DNA from: an uncultured Candidatus Saccharibacteria bacterium
Lineage (GTDB): Bacteria > Patescibacteriota > WWE3 > UBA101185 > UBA10185
Reading direction: 5' to 3'
Assembly: GCA_964387275.1 (NCBI GenBank)
Contig: CAYLVW010000001.1
Span: forward strand, 227,436-291,435
DNA length: 64,000 nucleotides
A model generated the notes under the pieces. That model worked only from the letters and a program-made list of their open reading frames with translations. It ran no database searches and was not told the origin of the DNA. The first letter of the stretch is position 1; the number at the start of each line of letters is the position of its first letter. The position numbers were made by a program, and so were the translations under genes. This document shows positions 48,040 to 56,786 of the stretch, piece after piece.

Positions 48040-49083
48040 TTAATTACTAAATGTAGGAAGTATCATAAGCATTCTATTTTCCAATTTTGATCTTAAAGAC
48101 GCCACCTGCTGATTTCTTAAAAGTGCCGTTGATTGTAATAATTCCTCAAGGAAAGTAAGCTTTTTTGTTTGTGTTACAACTTGGTAGTCATCAAGACTTA
48201 GGTTACTCAGAGTTGCAACCTCACTTACAAAGTCGTCATATGATTTTATATCATCTATTAACCCAAGTTTATTGGCTTGAGTATTTTCATAAATTAATGC
48301 ACCCACCTCTTCCTTAATTGTTGTTGGATTTAGCTCTCTATTTGTGGCCACATGGTTTACAAAATTTTCGTATTCATTATTAATTCCTTCTTGTAGTGTT
48401 TGTTTTGTTTTATCAGACATCTTTTTATAAGGATTATCAAAATCTTTATCAAAACCTGCTGTAATATAGTATCTGTTTATACCAAACTCCGTAGACACAG
48501 CATCTCCAAACTGTGAAGATTCCGAGAGCACATTGTTATACTCTTTAAACGGCCCAAGTATTACTCCAATGCTTCCAGTAAGGCTTCCATAGTCTGCTGT
48601 AACTTTATCTCCAGAGGCTGCCACCCAGTAAGCACCACTGGCTGCCAGACCTGATATATGAGAATAAACTTTTCTGCTGCTTAAAGTGTTGTATTGAGCA
48701 ATACCGTCGGAAATTGCTTTAGCTCCTGTAATTGTGCCTCCGGGAGAGTTTATAGATAAAATCACAGCTTTTATGTCGCCATTTTCACTAGCAGTTAGTA
48801 ATTGTTTTTTTATATCGTACCCGTAAGTTACGTTGTAAGCTGTTAGAAGGTCAAGTATTGGTGATCCTGACGTATTAGAATCTAGGATTATTCCACTAAT
48901 ATCTATTTGAAGAATTTTGTTTGAAGATTTCTTATTACCATAGACGTAGGTATAGCTTTTATCTTGATCTTTGTCACCTTTATCTTCTGAAAATAGAGTG
49001 CTAAAGCCCAATAACAATGCATTGTAACCAAGAATAATAATTAATGCACCAATAACAAAGCTAAATAAACAGGATTTCTTTGA
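48040..49083 (-). CDS. sppA: Signal peptide peptidase SppA (S49 family, 36K type)
   Basis: KAVILSINSPGGTITGAKAISDGI (ClpP/crotonase-fold S49 motif). The start is placed at the internal MSKKSCLFSFVIGALIIILG TM segment; the ORF track extends to 49263. Confidence 0.75.
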   Translation of the reverse strand, partial: SKKSCLFSFVIGALIIILGYNALLLGFSTLFSEDKGDKDQDKSYTYVYGNKKSSNKILQIDISGIILDSNTSGSPILDLLTAYNVTYGYDIKKQLLTASENGDIKAVILSINSPGGTITGAKAISDGIAQYNTLSSRKVYSHISGLAASGAYWVAASGDKVTADYGSLTGSIGVILGPFKEYNNVLSESSQFGDAVSTEFGINRYYITAGFDKDFDNPYKKMSDKTKQTLQEGINNEYENFVNHVATNRELNPTTIKEEVGALIYENTQANKLGLIDDIKSYDDFVSEVATLSNLSLDDYQVVTQTKKLTFLEELLQSTALLRNQQVASLRSKLENRMLMILPTFSN

Positions 49084-49108
49084 CATTAAATTATGATAGC
49101 ATACTAAT

Positions 49109-49969
49109 ATGTTAGCAAATCCAGAGATTGTATTAAAAACAGATAGTGAAACTCCGGAGCCTGCACTTACTAAAGCTTCTGAGTTACTAGGTTTAGAAGG
49201 TGCTGAGAAAGAATTTTTGGAATTAGTGAGAGAAGCTGAAGAAAGATATTTAAGAGACAACACTTTTATAAAGCCTTCTGTTTATGGTTATGCTGTCGGT
49301 GCCTTATATAATACTGCACTGGATCGTGCAGAAGCCTCGGCTCATAACAGGGAAGAGTTAGCTGCTAATCTTAGATACGTTAATGGAATGTTTAGGCCGT
49401 TATTCGAATATCAACCTCGAGATCAATCCCGTAGTTCTGAGATGGCTAGGACTGTACGCTCGGGGCTAATAGTAGAACGTGCTGTTAGAAAAGTATTAGA
49501 AGGAGCAGGATACAGCACCAGAGCCCCTACATTAAAAATGGAGGCTAATGGTGTTGATTTAGTAATTCCTGTAGATGTTGATGGCGATACTCAGTACGGA
49601 TTGGCACAGATTAAGTCGGTTTATCTACCTAATGAGCTTAGTGACATGGGCATACGTGTTTTCGAAACCCCAACTGAAATAACCCAACTCGCAGATACGC
49701 ACTTTTTAGATGAATCTTACAATAGGTATGATAATACAACTACACCACATGGTCGGGTAATCAACTCGTGCCAAAAACTACTAAGATATAGTACGGAGTT
49801 TGAAAATGCTACACCAATGCTTATAATAGTTCCTTCTCCAGATAGCCCTCATTCGTGGATAAACATGGAATTAGGTACTGTTGTTGGTGATCCTAAAGAT
49901 CTAAGAAAAAGACATGAAGCTGTAGACTCTGTACTTTATAAAATATTTTTTGAAAGAGGCAAGAAATGA
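49109..49969 (+). CDS. Hypothetical protein (286 aa)
   Basis: No confident domain; a weak PD-(D/E)xK-like pattern (GVDLVIPVDVDGD...AQIKS). Its stop overlaps the next small ORF (ATGA). Confidence 0.45.
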   Translation: MLANPEIVLKTDSETPEPALTKASELLGLEGAEKEFLELVREAEERYLRDNTFIKPSVYGYAVGALYNTALDRAEASAHNREELAANLRYVNGMFRPLFEYQPRDQSRSSEMARTVRSGLIVERAVRKVLEGAGYSTRAPTLKMEANGVDLVIPVDVDGDTQYGLAQIKSVYLPNELSDMGIRVFETPTEITQLADTHFLDESYNRYDNTTTPHGRVINSCQKLLRYSTEFENATPMLIIVPSPDSPHSWINMELGTVVGDPKDLRKRHEAVDSVLYKIFFERGKK

Positions 49970-50151
49970 CTAGATTCCAGCTACCTGACTACGAAGAAAA
50001 AACTAAAGAAATTACTTGTAAAAAGGCCAAAGAGATATTTGAGTTGGTAATATCTAACCCGAAGAACGTTCCGTTTGATATCTTTTTAGAATCTCATCTT
50101 CATTTTTCCACTTGCCAAAAATGTCGAGCAACACTTAAGAAACAAAAATGA
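49966..50151 (+). CDS. Hypothetical small protein (61 aa) with a C-terminal CxxC pair
   Basis: Translationally coupled to the upstream ORF (ATGA overlap), with ...ITCKK...STCQKCRATLKKQK. Confidence 0.3.
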   Translation: MTRFQLPDYEEKTKEITCKKAKEIFELVISNPKNVPFDIFLESHLHFSTCQKCRATLKKQK

Positions 50152-50224
50152 AACAGAGTTTTTCACGTCAGCTCAACCTGTTCACCTCATCTGCCAACAA
50201 ACGTTGGTAATATTAAAGTGAGTT

Positions 50225-50875
50225 TTAATTTAGTTCCAACAGATTACTAAATACCTCAGGAGTTAAAGCGTCACCATCTGTCATTTTCCGCCAATTTAAG
50301 ATATGTTTTCTTAGTTTTTCATTTAGTTTGGCCATTGCATCATCTTTATTTATTTGTAATTGTCTTGAGATTGTTGATTCTGCTGAAATACCTGTTACCA
50401 AATGTTTATAGAAAGCAGTTACTGCAAGTTTATTTACATTCTGACCACCGGGTCCCGAAGATTTACTTCTAACATCTAAACTTATGTTACCAAGTCCTAA
50501 TTCGTTGTAAGCAAGCCCCGATAGATCTTCCTCGTGTATATAGCTATTTATCCAAGAAACATATCTACCTATTCGTTTTTGATTTTCTATATGATTTTCT
50601 GTAACCGGAAATCTTGCTAAATCAGCAACAAGAGCTTTTTTAGTATCTGCCATTTGTTTTTCTTTGCTGTTTCTAAGCTGACTATCTTCTATAGCCTTTG
50701 TTGTTTTTGCTCCATGCTTTTTTGTTTTGCCGCCTCCCCCACCCCGCTTTTTTTCTAAACCTTCTTCGTAGTCTTCCCAAATATCATATATCTCTTCAAT
50801 TTCTTCTGGGCTTATTTTTGATGTATCCTCCTGATCTGGTTTTTCAGGATTTTGAGGTGTTGTAAATGTGGGCAT
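50225..50875 (-). CDS. RF-1 domain (GGQ) peptidyl-tRNA hydrolase-like protein with an N-terminal acidic and Gly/Lys-rich extension (ArfB/ICT1-like catalytic domain)
   Basis: ...SLDVRSKSSGPGGQNVNKLAVTAFYKHL... is a GGQ-motif RF-1 domain (PF00472) occupying the C-terminal ~115 aa. The N-terminal ~100 aa is EEIEEIYDIWEDYEEGLEKKRGGGGGKTKKHGAKTTK. Confidence 0.55.
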   Translation of the reverse strand: MPTFTTPQNPEKPDQEDTSKISPEEIEEIYDIWEDYEEGLEKKRGGGGGKTKKHGAKTTKAIEDSQLRNSKEKQMADTKKALVADLARFPVTENHIENQKRIGRYVSWINSYIHEEDLSGLAYNELGLGNISLDVRSKSSGPGGQNVNKLAVTAFYKHLVTGISAESTISRQLQINKDDAMAKLNEKLRKHILNWRKMTDGDALTPEVFSNLLELN

Positions 50876-50957
50876 GTTTTGATTTTAGCAGGTTACTCAT
50901 GGTAGTAAAACAATAGTGTTCATAGATGGTTTTGGATTTATGAGAAGGTAAAAAAAT

Positions 50958-51014
50958 CCGGACCACCACATTGAGTAAAACTACACTTTCGTGTGTCTCA
51001 ATGTGATGATCCGG
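50958..51014. repeat. Imperfect 18-bp inverted repeat (CCGGACCACCACATTGAG / CTCAATGTGATGATCCGG) with a 21-nt spacer at the 3' boundary of the GC-rich gene
   Basis: Read directly from the sequence: 16 of 18 positions are complementary. It may be a terminator or an island boundary. Confidence 0.4.
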
Positions 51015-51026
51015 TCTAGGTGTCAG

Positions 51027-51686
51027 TTAGTCGTTGCCGTATTCCTCCTGGAACTGCTTGGTTTGGGCAGCGCGGCGTCGGATTTCGTTCTGCTCTTGGC
51101 CGCTAAGCCGGTTCCATTTCCTTTCAGCACGTTCAGCCGAGCGACCGATTTTTCCGCCGAGCACCAATTTTGGTGCCGGAAGGTTCAAGGCGGATTCCAG
51201 ATCGGTCTTGGCCTGTTCGTGTCGTCGCTCTGCCTCCATGCGACTTTCGTGCATCTTGCCCTCGACCAGCCCGTAGATGATGCCGTGCATCGACTTGTTC
51301 ACCAGGTCTGGGGAGTCGGACGAGTTGTCGACGATCAGTTTTCTCGACGGCTCCGTAGACCATTTATACCCCTTGGTTTTCACGTCGGCGTCGACCCAGT
51401 CGCAGGTTGCTACCGCTAGGCGGATCATGTACGGCTTCAGCCGCCCGTTGAGGTTGCTGAGAGACTCACGGATCTTCTTGACCGTGACGCTGCTGAGGAT
51501 GCCGTTGTCCGTGGTCTTGAGGATCAGATCGAGCTCCCCCATGTCGAGGTTCGCCATCTCGGCAACCTTTTCAATGACTGCATTGCCTTCCTCGCCCCAA
51601 TCGGCGGCGAGAAGCATGCTAGCCGTGTCGATCACGGCCTGGAAGGCACCGATGAAACCGTTTGGCTTGCCATTCGTGTCCGTCAT
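51027..51686 (-). CDS. Hypothetical protein (219 aa) encoded by compositionally foreign DNA (about 57% GC, against about 36% for the flanks); probable horizontal acquisition
   Basis: Abrupt GC shift confined to about 50.99-51.72 kb. It contains one long ORF with a sensible composition (MTDTNGKPNGFIGAFQAVIDTASMLLAADWGEEGNAVIEKV...) and several GC-induced shadow ORFs on other frames. I do not recognise the product. Confidence 0.55.
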   Translation of the reverse strand: MTDTNGKPNGFIGAFQAVIDTASMLLAADWGEEGNAVIEKVAEMANLDMGELDLILKTTDNGILSSVTVKKIRESLSNLNGRLKPYMIRLAVATCDWVDADVKTKGYKWSTEPSRKLIVDNSSDSPDLVNKSMHGIIYGLVEGKMHESRMEAERRHEQAKTDLESALNLPAPKLVLGGKIGRSAERAERKWNRLSGQEQNEIRRRAAQTKQFQEEYGND

Positions 51687-52218
51687 GGTGTTAATCTCCT
51701 GTAACAGGTGTACCCCCTAGAAAAGGGATACGAAAAGAAAGGTTCCAATAAGACTTTTTAAACTGACTTATTTAGTTTTCAAATTTTGATAGCGCTTCTC
51801 CTTATACTGAATAAATGCCCAAATAAGAATACCAGAGACCTGGTTTGATGTTTTTAGTTGATATAACGGGAAAACAATCCTTATTTAGACATTTATCCTT
51901 GGTATTTCGCTGTAGCTAAGTAATTTGAGCTAAGCTAAAAGGAGGCTGTACTAATTGATACAAATACACTATAACACTATAGGTTCAAATCTGTCAAGTC
52001 TTTAGAAGCATTATTTATACTAGTGCAAAGTTAATGTTACTAGCTTATACACACATTAGGTGGGAAGAGGGCAGTGATATTAAGAGAAAGTACAAGTTAC
52101 TCATTGCAAGGAATTTGATAAGCTGACGCTTTGGTATAGTGATACTTATATAAATTTTTGATGTTAAAGTTTAATTATTTATCAGAAATTTTTTTGTGAA
52201 ATGTGATAAGATAATTTT

Positions 52219-53610
52219 ATGCCCAATGTTGTAATTTCATTAAGCAAAAATAAATTGAAAGCAAGTGTAATTCTTACAAAGAGTATTGGTAAGAGTTTTT
52301 CCAGAGATGTGTTTACACAGGTTTTTGAATTGCCCGATACAGTTGTTAACGATACGATTATTTTAGACGCTGCACAGTTTGCTTCTGCTGTTAGCGATGT
52401 TGTATTACAACTTGTAGAAAAAAGCGGTAAAAGATTTAGTCCTAAAAAAGTTTCCCTCACATTTTTAACAGAACCTCAGAATGAAGTTTTAAAGTTTGTT
52501 ACAGTAAATAAACAGAGTGGCGACACAGAAGCACAAGTAATAGCAGAGGTAACATCCAAATTAAACCAAATAAAAATTGAGGATTTATATTTTACTTATT
52601 CTAAGGTTGCACCTTTTGTATATCAATTCGTAGGAGTAGAGAAGTCTATTTTAGATAAATATCTGGAAGTTTCAAATTTGCTACAAGTTGAGTTAAAAGG
52701 GGTTTTTCCTTGGGTTATGTTTTTACCAAAGTTTACAGGTGGTGTGGATCCTGCTATTTACGTATCCAATTCAGATGGTAGACAGGTAGTTGCTCTGTCT
52801 GAGCTTGGGGGTATCTATTATTCTTCTACATTCAGCGATGAGAGATCCACAGCAGAGCTTGAAAAGATGGTACACGAGCTTTCTATTTACAAGAGATCAA
52901 CGCCTATTAATAAGATTTTTTCACTAGATGAGTTTGAATTTAGTTTGGACCCTACATACGAGCTTGCCAAGATAAATTTAGGTGATATGTCTGAAAATCC
53001 AGAAGTTAGAGGTTTTGAGCATCACTTGGTAGCTGATTCTATTGTTGAATCAGATCCTCTTATATATACAGGAGTTGAAAATCTTCTGAATTTGTTACCA
53101 CTTCCAGTAGTTGAGCGTAAGAATTCTAAATCATTAGTATATGTAGGCGGTGGTGTGGCCTTATTCTTACTAATGGGAGGAATTTTTGGAGGCTTTTATC
53201 TATTCGGAGGGAAAATTGGTTCAAATAACTCAGCAAATGTGCTTAGTAATAGTGATTCAAAGCTTGAAGTTCCTACACCAACCCCAACCTTAGAAACTAC
53301 ACCTACACCTGTTCCAACCCCCGTTCTTGTTAAATCTGATTTTAAGATACGTGTGGAGAACGGATCGGGAATCCCCGGAGCAGCAGGAAAGGCTCAAGGA
53401 GTGCTTCAAGGGCTTGGCTACACCGTACCTGATATCGGCAATGCAGATGAGTCAGATAGATCTACCACATTAATTAAAATTAAGACATCAAAGTTGTCTT
53501 ATAAAGATCTTCTAATTACTGATCTAAAGTCTTCTTATGAACTTGTTGTAGAAGACGGACTTAATGAAACCACCGAATATGACGCTTTGATGGTTGTGGG
53601 TCAGAAGTAG
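52219..53610 (+). CDS. Bitopic membrane protein with a C-terminal LytR_C (LytR/CpsA/Psr C-terminal) domain
   Basis: About 300 aa cytoplasmic region, one TM helix (LVYVGGGVALFLLMGGIFGGFYLF), a Pro/Thr-rich linker (PTPTPTLETTPTPVPTPV), then KIRVENGSGIPGAAGKAQGVLQGLGYTV...GNAD...TTLIKIK, typical of LytR_C (PF13399). Confidence 0.6.
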   Translation: MPNVVISLSKNKLKASVILTKSIGKSFSRDVFTQVFELPDTVVNDTIILDAAQFASAVSDVVLQLVEKSGKRFSPKKVSLTFLTEPQNEVLKFVTVNKQSGDTEAQVIAEVTSKLNQIKIEDLYFTYSKVAPFVYQFVGVEKSILDKYLEVSNLLQVELKGVFPWVMFLPKFTGGVDPAIYVSNSDGRQVVALSELGGIYYSSTFSDERSTAELEKMVHELSIYKRSTPINKIFSLDEFEFSLDPTYELAKINLGDMSENPEVRGFEHHLVADSIVESDPLIYTGVENLLNLLPLPVVERKNSKSLVYVGGGVALFLLMGGIFGGFYLFGGKIGSNNSANVLSNSDSKLEVPTPTPTLETTPTPVPTPVLVKSDFKIRVENGSGIPGAAGKAQGVLQGLGYTVPDIGNADESDRSTTLIKIKTSKLSYKDLLITDLKSSYELVVEDGLNETTEYDALMVVGQK

Positions 53611-53775
53611 CTTCTATTTCGCAAATTTTATTTTGTAGATTTTAATTTATTTAGTAGCGAAAAGGTCATTTGGTTCAATTACTACGCTTTTTATTAAAGA
53701 AATTCCTATTCTTTTAGTGTGTATATTGTTTTTCAGGCTTTAATTGATACAATATCCTAAGTTTAAGGAGAACAC

Positions 53776-54090
53776 ATGAAAACGAATGTGCCTCAGTGTA
53801 GCCTTGCCCAGTTTTTGGGAGCTATTTTTGGCATGATCGTATATTTCTATATTTTCTATCTTTTGTTGGGGTTGGCTGGAACTAATTATTTTGTTGTGGG
53901 AATCCTGTCACTTATTAGTGTGTTTGTGCTTTTAGGACAGGTGATTATAGGTATAGGGACAGTCTATGACGCAGGATCTACAGCAAGTACAAGCTTTGAG
54001 AGGTTTATGTGGGGAGTCACGGTGTTTAGTTTTAGTGCCTTTGTGTTTGTGGTTAAGGTAGTGTTTTTTGATTTTAACCCTAAGATATAA
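53776..54090 (+). CDS. Hypothetical small membrane protein (104 aa, 3 TM)
   Basis: Hydrophobic ORF preceded by an AAGGAGAA RBS and followed by an intrinsic terminator. Confidence 0.5.
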   Translation: MKTNVPQCSLAQFLGAIFGMIVYFYIFYLLLGLAGTNYFVVGILSLISVFVLLGQVIIGIGTVYDAGSTASTSFERFMWGVTVFSFSAFVFVVKVVFFDFNPKI

Positions 54091-54107
54091 TCTTAGAGTA
54101 AGTTATC

Positions 54108-54147
54108 GCCCTGAACTGTGCTTTTGGCCAGTATCAGGGCTTTTGTT
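54108..54147 (+). terminator. Rho-independent terminator (GCCCTGAACTG...CAGTATCAGGGC followed by TTTTGTT)
   Basis: GC-rich stem plus U-tract, 18 nt after the stop of the 53776..54090 ORF. Confidence 0.6.
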
Positions 54148-54267
54148 ATATACTTTAAATGAAGATTTCGTAGATTAATATCTTTACTAAATCTTTTTTA
54201 TTTCAGAAGAGTACTTAAAGCTTTTAGTTACAAGTTAGAATCAGATTCTTCTGCTGCATAAATATTT

Positions 54268-54600
54268 ATGAAAGAAGTTAAATTTTTAAATAAAGATGGT
54301 TTTACTTGTATAAATTGTGGGAAACATGTTTTGTATGAATCATTTGGTACGAAAAACAGAAATCATTGTCCCTATTGTCTTTGTTCTAAGCATGTTGATA
54401 TAACTATCGGAGACCGGAGTAATAAATGTGGTGGAGTTATGAGGTGTATTGGTAAACTATATAAGCCTGATGGAGAAGAGGTTCTTGTTCACAAATGTGA
54501 TAAGTGTGATTCTGTTCGTAAGAATAGAGTTGCTGGTGACGATGATTGGGATTTAGTTGGTTTGCTACCCGTGCTTGAGGCTGATGCTTTGATGTTTTAG
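54268..54600 (+). CDS. RNHCP-domain protein (Cys-rich zinc-ribbon-like, function unknown)
   Basis: Contains the eponymous ...TKNRNHCPYCLCSKH... motif plus additional CxxC pairs (CINCGKH, CDKCDS). Confidence 0.65.
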   Translation: MKEVKFLNKDGFTCINCGKHVLYESFGTKNRNHCPYCLCSKHVDITIGDRSNKCGGVMRCIGKLYKPDGEEVLVHKCDKCDSVRKNRVAGDDDWDLVGLLPVLEADALMF

Positions 54601-54673
54601 CATAGGCATTTGAAAATATTCATTTTTCAGAATTTTCTATCCTGTAGTATAATGTTGTCCGGAGGATGAGGAC

Positions 54674-55129
54674 ATGGAAGATTTTACCCGAGGGCTGTTC
54701 CTTTTTGTGGGCATTGTGTCTATTGTTGGTGTTATTGCTAATCTGTTCGATCTTACGAAACCAGTCAATAAAGGATCTTTTGGTATATTTAGTCTATTTA
54801 TTGTTACTATTGCCCAGGGTATAGAGTTTATTTGCAATACTATTGGGGTTTGGATTCTCACTGCAAGTGGGCTTTTTCCTTGGTGGGTTGGGGTTTTGTC
54901 TATCGCAGTTATTGTCACAATTATCGTATTTTTCCTAAGACCTTCTAACATCAAGAAGCTTAGTGAAATTGCTAAGGAAAGCGCTCAACATGCAAATGAG
55001 ATTCTTTCACAAGGATCTGCCAGTTACGATACAGGTAAAAAGACTTTTCATGAGATTTTGCTTAGTGTTATGGTTATCGTTTTGGAAGCGTCTATGGCTC
55101 TTATTGTTATGGGTATTATTAAGGTTTAG
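54674..55129 (+). CDS. Hypothetical membrane protein (151 aa, 4 TM)
   Basis: Hydrophobic ORF; unassigned. Confidence 0.45.
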   Translation: MEDFTRGLFLFVGIVSIVGVIANLFDLTKPVNKGSFGIFSLFIVTIAQGIEFICNTIGVWILTASGLFPWWVGVLSIAVIVTIIVFFLRPSNIKKLSEIAKESAQHANEILSQGSASYDTGKKTFHEILLSVMVIVLEASMALIVMGIIKV

Positions 55130-55157
55130 TCGTTTGAGGTTTGGTCTGGTTTGACTA

Positions 55158-55206
55158 GGGGCGGCCGGAAAAGCGCAACTTTGTTGCTGATTTTCCGCGC
55201 CGCCCC
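55158..55206. repeat. 49-nt GC-rich palindromic element, copy A (GGGGCGGCCGGAAAAGCGCAACTTTGTTGCTGATTTTCCGCGCCGCCCC), between convergent genes
   Basis: 47 of 49 positions are identical to copy B at 56704-56752. It can fold as a nested hairpin (GGGGCGGC/GCCGCCCC, CGGAAAA/TTTTCCG, GCAAC/GTTGC). Confidence 0.7.
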
Positions 55207-55211
55207 ATTAC

Positions 55212-55694
55212 TTATCTATTACCAAAAGTTGTAACAAAAAATGACATAAAATATCCCGTCAATATTGCGAGCTCTGTCCAAACAAACCTCTCTTCATCCC
55301 AAGCGTCCATATTACAGTATTCTTCCAGTGAGACTGATTTACCATTGCCTATATCTATATTATTAATATTAAGTGCTGTGTAGTAGTTTCTTTCTTGTAT
55401 TTTTGCAACACCAACATTGTATCTTTTTAGTCCGTAGTAAAGACCCAGTACTATATACACGATAAAAGCCCAAGCTACCCAGGTTTGTAAACTTCCAAGT
55501 AGAACACTAGCAATTATGCACGCACTAGACGCTATTATAAGTAGCGTGATCCAAAAAGATAGAGTAAAAAGTGCTCTTCTATTAAGATGCTTTATCTTCG
55601 GTATGTACATACAAAGCCCTAGATAAATTATAAGTGCTGCGCCGATCACTCCATTTAGAAGTGTGATTGCTCCAATGAGCATCTGTGTAGTCAT
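55212..55694 (-). CDS. Hypothetical membrane protein (160 aa, 4 TM)
   Basis: Hydrophobic ORF; unassigned. Confidence 0.45.
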   Translation of the reverse strand: MTTQMLIGAITLLNGVIGAALIIYLGLCMYIPKIKHLNRRALFTLSFWITLLIIASSACIIASVLLGSLQTWVAWAFIVYIVLGLYYGLKRYNVGVAKIQERNYYTALNINNIDIGNGKSVSLEEYCNMDAWDEERFVWTELAILTGYFMSFFVTTFGNR

Positions 55695-56110
55695 TAGTTA
55701 AGCATCAAGGTAAGAACAATCAACGGTATAGATATAAACACACCCAAATAATCTCTAGTCTCACTATTTTGAGTAGTATCATTCCAATTTACATCTTGCT
55801 CTGATTTAAGCGCCTGGTGTATTTTTCTTCCTACTATATTTTCCACCATAAATGCCAGATCATATACTATAAAGTAACTGTAAATCAAAATATAAGGTAT
55901 ACCTATAATTGCATGTACCTTACTTTGAATAAACCACATATTGTAGGCAATTATTATTACCCCAAGCGATCTAAGTAGTCTTACAAAGAAGGCGATACTT
56001 AAATCTCGTACTTTGAGTATTGCGTAGGGCTTAGTTGAATCGAAAGTGCCTGTCATTATGGAACTAAGGCATAGTACTAGCAATCCTACCGTAAGAACTG
56101 AGATCTCCAT
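55694..56110 (-). CDS. Hypothetical membrane protein (about 138 aa)
   Basis: Hydrophobic ORF. The start is placed at the internal MEISVLTVGLLVL; the ORF track extends to 56155. Confidence 0.4.
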   Translation of the reverse strand: MEISVLTVGLLVLCLSSIMTGTFDSTKPYAILKVRDLSIAFFVRLLRSLGVIIIAYNMWFIQSKVHAIIGIPYILIYSYFIVYDLAFMVENIVGRKIHQALKSEQDVNWNDTTQNSETRDYLGVFISIPLIVLTLMLN

Positions 56111-56215
56111 TTTCTTCCCCTTTACTAGGGGGATTGTACAACAGTTTATACCCAATAACCATAGAATTTGCAGTATCCTGCTTGGTGTTGTAAGATCTTC
56201 CAGAAAGGAAGGAAA

Positions 56216-56668
56216 ATGGACCCTAAGTGGCTCGTTTTGACTTATTTTGTTACTTTCTCATTTTTTGCGCTTAATATGGTTTTTAATCTAACAGAGCGTG
56301 TGGTGCGAGGAAGGGGTAGGTTTACTTATGTTTTGGGATCTATCGCCCTGGCGATAATGGCTAGTGCCTCTTTTTTTATTTTCACATCAAACGTGGAAAG
56401 TGCCTATACAGGTGGTATTTTGTACCCTAATGCTATTGTAGTTCTTTTGTCGGCTTACTTGCTCATTTATTCAGGTGTACATTTGTTGGCTAGTTTTCTC
56501 GATAGAGCCATTAAGGTTTACTATGCTTTTTCCTATAGTAGGGTCCCTTCGGAAACTAATAAATTGACTGCTACACAAGAGTTTTTGCCTTTTTGGCCTA
56601 TTACTGGGATTCCTGATATGGTTATGATTTTATGTTTTATTTTTATGCTTGTTATTTACTGGGTTTAA
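56216..56668 (+). CDS. Hypothetical membrane protein (about 150 aa, 4 TM)
   Basis: Hydrophobic ORF. The start is placed at MDPKWLVLTYF; the ORF track starts at 56168. Confidence 0.4.
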   Translation: MDPKWLVLTYFVTFSFFALNMVFNLTERVVRGRGRFTYVLGSIALAIMASASFFIFTSNVESAYTGGILYPNAIVVLLSAYLLIYSGVHLLASFLDRAIKVYYAFSYSRVPSETNKLTATQEFLPFWPITGIPDMVMILCFIFMLVIYWV

Positions 56669-56703
56669 TTATTAGTTAGTTGTTTAGGATTTAGATATGT
56701 TAC

Positions 56704-56752
56704 GGGGCGGCCGGAAAAGCGCAACTTCGTTGCTGATTTTCCGAGCCGCCCC
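56704..56752. repeat. 49-nt GC-rich palindromic element, copy B (GGGGCGGCCGGAAAAGCGCAACTTCGTTGCTGATTTTCCGAGCCGCCCC)
   Basis: Near-identical to copy A; again between convergent membrane-protein genes. Confidence 0.7.
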
Positions 56753-56786
56753 TAATTTCTTATACAGATAAAACCCTAAATAGTAT

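Noticed and set aside
49084-49263. Long N-terminal extensions in the ORF track for sppA (to 49263), the transglutaminase-like gene (to 30425) and the membrane ORFs at 55694..56155 and 56168..56668
   Set aside because: Internal ATG codons sit directly at predicted signal or TM helices, and the extensions would overlap neighbouring genes. The shorter models were preferred.
50991-51720. Multiple overlapping ORFs on + and - frames (50991..51419 +, 51034..51276 +, 51277..51720 +, 51133..51363 -)
   Set aside because: They are typical stop-codon-poor shadow frames produced by the locally high GC content. Only the 219-aa minus-strand ORF has a protein-like composition and a sensible start/stop context.
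51960-52000. tRNA-like T-loop sequence AGGTTCAAATCTG in the 532-bp non-coding tract next to the GC-rich island (possible tRNA or integration-site remnant)
   Set aside because: The 5 nt on either side of the TTCAAAT loop (ATAGG / CTGTC) are not complementary, and no acceptor or anticodon stems can be drawn. It is at most a degenerate fragment.
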